Below, in pieces: positions 47,324 through 50,303 of a stretch of 50,303 nt of DNA. This DNA is from a virus. The position numbers and the translations under genes were made by a program. The first letter of the stretch is position 1. Every line of letters starts with the position of its first letter. Below the pieces are notes generated by a model. It made no database searches. It was not told where the DNA came from and saw only the letters and a program-made list of their open reading frames with translations. The stretch covers positions 1 to 50,303 of the IMG/VR virus record IMGVR_UViG_3300049182_000030; one strand, given 5' to 3'.

Positions 47324-47745
47324 TGCTTGTCTCCCTTCACACTTTTCGAGGCATCCAGCGCCTCCAAAAGTTGCCGTTGCGCCTGCTCAAACTCGGCAGC
47401 AGCCTGCGCCAATATCTCATGCGCCTTCTGCGCGGAAAGCGCAATCCTGTGCATGGCAATCGCCTGTGGGTTCAGGGCAGCAATCTGAGCCAGCGCATCA
47501 TCCACCGCCGCCTCATCCAGCCACCCCAGAACATCACTCGTAATCGGCGTGTCATACGCAATATCATCGCCCTCATCCAGCACGGCCAGCTTATAGAAGC
47601 CCTCATCGCCGCCATAGGTGTACTTGCCACGCACCACAGACGCGCCGTAGCCGTTCGGGAAACGATACTTCACTTGGTAGCGCTCGCCGTCACGGTTGTA
47701 GCGCGCAGTAATACGCTCCTTGTGCTTTTCCGACTCGTAAGCCAT
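47320..47745 (-). CDS. Hypothetical protein (141 aa, MAYESEKHK...)
   Basis: Internal ATG of ORF track 47320..47775, preceded by AGGGAGG. Confidence 0.8.
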   Translation of the reverse strand: MAYESEKHKERITARYNRDGERYQVKYRFPNGYGASVVRGKYTYGGDEGFYKLAVLDEGDDIAYDTPITSDVLGWLDEAAVDDALAQIAALNPQAIAMHRIALSAQKAHEILAQAAAEFEQAQRQLLEALDASKSVKGDKQ

Positions 47746-47775
47746 TACTGGCCTCCCTTCACTCGATGTACTCAA

Positions 47776-47804
47776 ACTCTACCCCATACCAGGGCGCATT
47801 GCAA
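47776..47804 (-). promoter_or_regulatory. Candidate promoter: TTGCAA, 17-nt spacer, TAGAGT
   Basis: Minus strand reads TTGCAA (47804..47799), 17-nt spacer, TAGAGT (47781..47776). Confidence 0.5.
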
Positions 47805-47807
47805 TCC

Positions 47808-48086
47808 TCAAATGGGGATGATCCGCCAGCAGTCGGCGCAATACTCACCGCAGCACCTACACTGGTGCCCCAGGGCAATGAACTTCATGTTCACATTGAC
47901 CCCGTTCTGGCAAGTCAAATATTTAGCCCCGTCGCCTAAGCGGTGTACGCGAGCAACCACCACTGTCGAGCAGGTGGAGTGGCTATGAGCGCTTTCGCAC
48001 CCCGCCTCATGCTCAAACAGCTCTTCCAGCATCGCCAGCTCGGTCACACCAGCCAGGGTGTCATGGATAGGGGTGTCAGTGCTCAC
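47808..48086 (-). CDS. Cys/His-rich protein (92 aa)
   Basis: ORF track. Multiple Cys near the C-terminus (CQNG...CRCCGEYCADC). Confidence 0.75.
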   Translation of the reverse strand: MSTDTPIHDTLAGVTELAMLEELFEHEAGCESAHSHSTCSTVVVARVHRLGDGAKYLTCQNGVNVNMKFIALGHQCRCCGEYCADCWRIIPI

Positions 48087-48163
48087 GACTCCTCCTCAAA
48101 AAGCAGTTCCGCCTCCCCGGTAACGCCATTCGTGTAAAGCCGAAAAATCTTCTGGTCACTCAT
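48083..48163 (-). CDS. Possible 26-aa leader micro-ORF (MSDQKIFRLYTNGVTGEAELLFEEES)
   Basis: GAAGGAGG Shine-Dalgarno. GTGA-coupled to the next gene. Confidence 0.35.
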   Translation of the reverse strand: MSDQKIFRLYTNGVTGEAELLFEEES

Positions 48164-48206
48164 ATGCGCTTCCTCCTTCACTCGTTACTACCTGCTGACA
48201 AGAACA

Positions 48207-48235
48207 ACAATACGCACCCGCATTGCACTTGTCAA
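48207..48235 (-). promoter_or_regulatory. Near-consensus promoter: TTGACA, 17-nt spacer, TATTGT
   Basis: Minus strand reads TTGACA (48235..48230), 17-nt spacer, TATTGT (48212..48207), in a 114-bp intergenic gap. Confidence 0.6.
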
Positions 48236-48277
48236 GCCCTACGCCAAAGAAAAATTCCCCTCACCTTTTGTGCGGCG

Positions 48278-48793
48278 CTACAGTGCCTTCTCGCTCGCGT
48301 ACTGCTCGATGTGGAACGTCAGCCGCTCCATGCGCACATCGTCAGGCAGCTCCACACCGTCAACATCGCGATAGATGATCCGACCCTCAGCATCCCGCTC
48401 AAACGTGTACCGCGTCCCGTCAGGTGCCGTAAAGCCGGTGCGCTCAGCCTTCGGTGCAAGGGGCTCCACTGCAAAGCCGTCCACTTCGAGCAGTTCGATC
48501 TTCGGCTCCAGGTCGGCCATGCTCAAACCGCCCTGAGCCATTGCGCGATCCACCAGCGCCACAAGCAGGTCACTCCTAGTAACGCCCGTCAAAAGCGAAA
48601 CGCCGTAATTCGACAAGCCGCGCATTTTGCCCGACCGAATAATCGCCAGCTCCTCCTGCTCAACCTTTTCCTTGGCCCGCTTCACGATAAACTCAGCCTC
48701 AAGTTTTGCCTGGTCCACAAGCCCCTTTAGCGGCTCCATGCGCGCCTGCAATTCGATAAACAGCTCGCTGTCCTTAACCCTGGGTCGCACCAT
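48278..48793 (-). CDS. Hypothetical protein (171 aa)
   Basis: ORF track. Confidence 0.8.
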   Translation of the reverse strand: MVRPRVKDSELFIELQARMEPLKGLVDQAKLEAEFIVKRAKEKVEQEELAIIRSGKMRGLSNYGVSLLTGVTRSDLLVALVDRAMAQGGLSMADLEPKIELLEVDGFAVEPLAPKAERTGFTAPDGTRYTFERDAEGRIIYRDVDGVELPDDVRMERLTFHIEQYASEKAL

Positions 48794-48795
48794 TG

Positions 48796-49086
48796 TTATT
48801 TGTCCTTTCCGTAGTATTCACTAATAACGTTCTGGCAGTCACTAATCAGTGTCGCCTTCTTTGTACTGGATTTTATGCCGACGGCTTTTGCAATGGCGTA
48901 AATGCTAAGGCCGGATTTTGCAGCCTGAATTATGGCAAGGGATTTTTCGAATGACATTTTCCCCTCCAGCATTTTGAGCCGGTTTTTCAGGTCGTCAATT
49001 TCCTTAGCTGTCGTCTGCTCCACATCATGCACATGGCGGTGGAGGTCGATGTAGCGAGGGTCGTCCTCGATGGGTGAGCGCGGCAT
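48796..49086 (-). CDS. Putative HTH DNA-binding protein, first gene of the leftward early arm (96 aa, MPRSPIEDDPRY...)
   Basis: Internal ATG of ORF track 48796..49179, preceded by GGAAGGAGCC. C-terminal HTH-like segment SIYAIAKAVGIKSSTKKATL. Confidence 0.65.
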   Translation of the reverse strand: MPRSPIEDDPRYIDLHRHVHDVEQTTAKEIDDLKNRLKMLEGKMSFEKSLAIIQAAKSGLSIYAIAKAVGIKSSTKKATLISDCQNVISEYYGKDK

Positions 49087-49132
49087 GTGGGCTCCTTCCG
49101 GGGGTTGTCTGGGGGTGCTGCTCGTCGGTGTC

Positions 49133-49138
49133 AGTCTA
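49133..49138 (-). promoter_or_regulatory. Candidate -10 box TAGACT for the early leftward operon
   Basis: Minus strand TAGACT about 45 nt upstream of ATG 49086. No clear -35. Confidence 0.3.
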
Positions 49139-49294
49139 CACGTTACCATACGGATGTGCGGGGTTGCGGTTGGCTTCACAGCATCTTCCCAGAGTGAACC
49201 TATCAGCAGGGCTCGAAATCAATATATATCCGGTGGGGTTATATAACATAGGGGGATGTATATCCTTGCGCTACTGTAGTGATAGGCTCTATCT

Positions 49295-49380
49295 GACGTT
49301 ACCGTTCGGAGGGTGGGTATCTACGGTCGGTTATTGGCAAATAGACGTTCGAGGGTTGGTGATTCCGGTCGGCTATAGGG
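49295..49380. repeat. Two imperfect tandem repeats of about 40 bp (GACGTT...CGGAGGGTGGGTATCTACGGTCGGTTATTGG and GACGTTCGAGGGTTGGTGATTCCGGTCGGCTATAGG) in an AT-rich region
   Basis: Aligned by eye. CGGTCGG(T/C)TAT recurs at about 49324 and about 49366. Confidence 0.7.
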
Positions 49381-49514
49381 TCAAAGTTCAAAACAGTCTC
49401 TTAACACAAAACATATATAGTAATGTATATCATGTAGTATAGCGTTGGATATAAGCACTCAAATATAGACTGTGCGCTTACGCGAGGCAGAACGTCGCAT
49501 CCAGCAAACGTTCA

Positions 49515-49675
49515 GGATCTAAGGCTCGGATCTAGTCTCAGGACTCGCATCTGACGGACCCATCTGAAGGCATCGGATCTGAAGCACGTGGGCCGATCTG
49601 ACGGGGGCTCCGAATCTGACGCAAGGCGGCTCATCTGGGGCTGCGTGTCCAGTGGGTGAGGGGGTATCTGAGGGG
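49515..49675. repeat. Array of nine short direct repeats with core ATCT(G/A)(A/G), four of which contain GATC
   Basis: ATCT starts at 49517, 49530, 49549, 49562, 49577, 49596, 49614, 49633 and 49666. Confidence 0.85.
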
Positions 49676-50013
49676 CCGATACCGGGGCGGGCGGCAGTAG
49701 ATTGCAGCGACCCCTAGGGCACCGTGCAAAAGTGTGGGCGACCCCCAAGCGCTGCGAGACACCCTACGGGCGGCATGTGCCCCCCTCCGGCGCTGTAAGG
49801 CCCGTAGGCGGGCGAAACCATGCCCCTAGGTATAACCAGTCCATCGGGATGCTCAACCGCTTAGAACGGCACACAGCGGCTCCAGCGGCATGGTGCCAGG
49901 AACAGCGGCACGACACAGCAGGCGCTACATGACCCCTACAGCGTCGAACGAATGCCCCCGCATGGTGCAGCACGATAGAGCGCTAGAAGCTCCCAGAATG
50001 GCTCCCAGGCACG

Positions 50014-50049
50014 CCAAACCCCCGACAGGGAATGGACACCCGTCGGGGG
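50014..50049 (-). terminator. Rho-independent terminator ending the leftward block that crosses the contig junction
   Basis: Minus strand reads CCCCCGAC...GTCGGGGG followed by TTTGG, 12 nt after the stop of CDS 50061..50261. Confidence 0.65.
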
Positions 50050-50060
50050 AATGGGGTTAC

Positions 50061-50261
50061 TCAACGAAAAACCGGAATGAGCATATCGGGCGCATAGCTG
50101 AAAAACCTAGTGCCGGGAATGCCGGTAAAGCGAATCCAGCCGCACACCCGGCTTTCTTCCGAATTGAACCAAACGGAATCGACAGTACCGTACCGTCCAT
50201 TATTGTGCGGGATAAATGCGCCCGACTTGATATAGCGTGCAAAAATAGGTGCGAATGCCAT
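50061..50261 (-). CDS. Hypothetical protein (66 aa)
   Basis: ORF track. GGGAGGA Shine-Dalgarno. Its 5' part lies in the terminal repeat. Confidence 0.7.
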   Translation of the reverse strand: MAFAPIFARYIKSGAFIPHNNGRYGTVDSVWFNSEESRVCGWIRFTGIPGTRFFSYAPDMLIPVFR

Positions 50262-50303
50262 TATCTAATCCTCCCTTTCAGCAGTACGGAATATCACAAA
50301 TGG
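50177..50303. repeat. Second copy of the terminal direct repeat (identical to 1..127)
   Basis: Exact 127-bp identity with the window start. Confidence 0.95.

Noticed and set aside
49515-49675. CRISPR array interpretation of the ATCTGA repeats
   Set aside because: The repeats are only about 6-9 bp with 13-20 bp periods, far too short for CRISPR repeats and spacers. No cas genes are present.
49512-49748. 78-aa minus-strand ORF and 76-aa plus-strand ORF (49702..49932) in the noncoding gap
   Set aside because: Pro/Arg/Ser-rich translations generated by the short DNA repeats. No Shine-Dalgarno. They lie downstream of a terminator.
1-50303. Prophage or temperate lifestyle signals (integrase, CI-like repressor, attP)
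   Set aside because: No tyrosine or serine recombinase motifs or an obvious repressor gene were found. Lifestyle is left undetermined rather than called lytic.

Overview
This window is a complete tailed-phage genome of about 50.2 kb, siphovirus-type, apparently from a high-GC actinobacterial-type host. The host inference rests on a WhiB-like gene, an LAxTG-type sorting signal, TANNNT promoters and leaderless starts. Bases 1..127 repeat exactly at 50177..50303, so the contig closes on itself and the unique length is 50176 bp.

The rightward arm (2488..26927) carries about 10 small unknown genes, then terS and terL, portal, scaffold, a decoration-like protein and the major capsid. These are followed by connector proteins, two tandem major-tail paralogs, tail chaperones with a -1 frameshift and a 1209-aa tape measure. 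The arm ends with minor tail proteins, an M23 peptidase lysin and holin-like membrane proteins.

The leftward arm runs from 49086 down to 28125, and a second leftward block runs from 1710 through the contig junction to 50061. It holds about 75 mostly tiny, translationally coupled early genes. Recognisable ones are an HTH protein, two SSB-like proteins, an SNF2/DEAH helicase, a zinc-ribbon/WhiB-like fusion, an ERF annealase with a PD-(D/E)XK exonuclease, a prim-pol/helicase, a D12 (Dam-like) methyltransferase, a RuvC-like resolvase and one tRNA.

A small independent island sits where the two arms converge. It contains a DEDDy exonuclease, back-to-back extended -10 promoters, and a 27-aa Cys micro-ORF followed by a 2-TM protein.

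I saw no integrase, repressor, DNA polymerase, rRNA, CRISPR array or transposon.

The most notable findings are:
- a GATC-containing ATCTGA iteron array in a 930-bp noncoding gap, in a phage that also encodes a Dam-like methyltransferase;
- a CAA-anticodon tRNA with class-I architecture, flanked by 40-bp repeats;
- start-associated repeat motifs and duplicated gene-junction cassettes;
- an early proline-rich protein with an LAETG sorting-signal-like C-terminus;
- a TTGACA-17/18-TAGNNT promoter family with a conserved leader;
- paired 14-bp palindromic operators in the divergent control region.

All functional calls come from motif recognition by eye. No database search was run.
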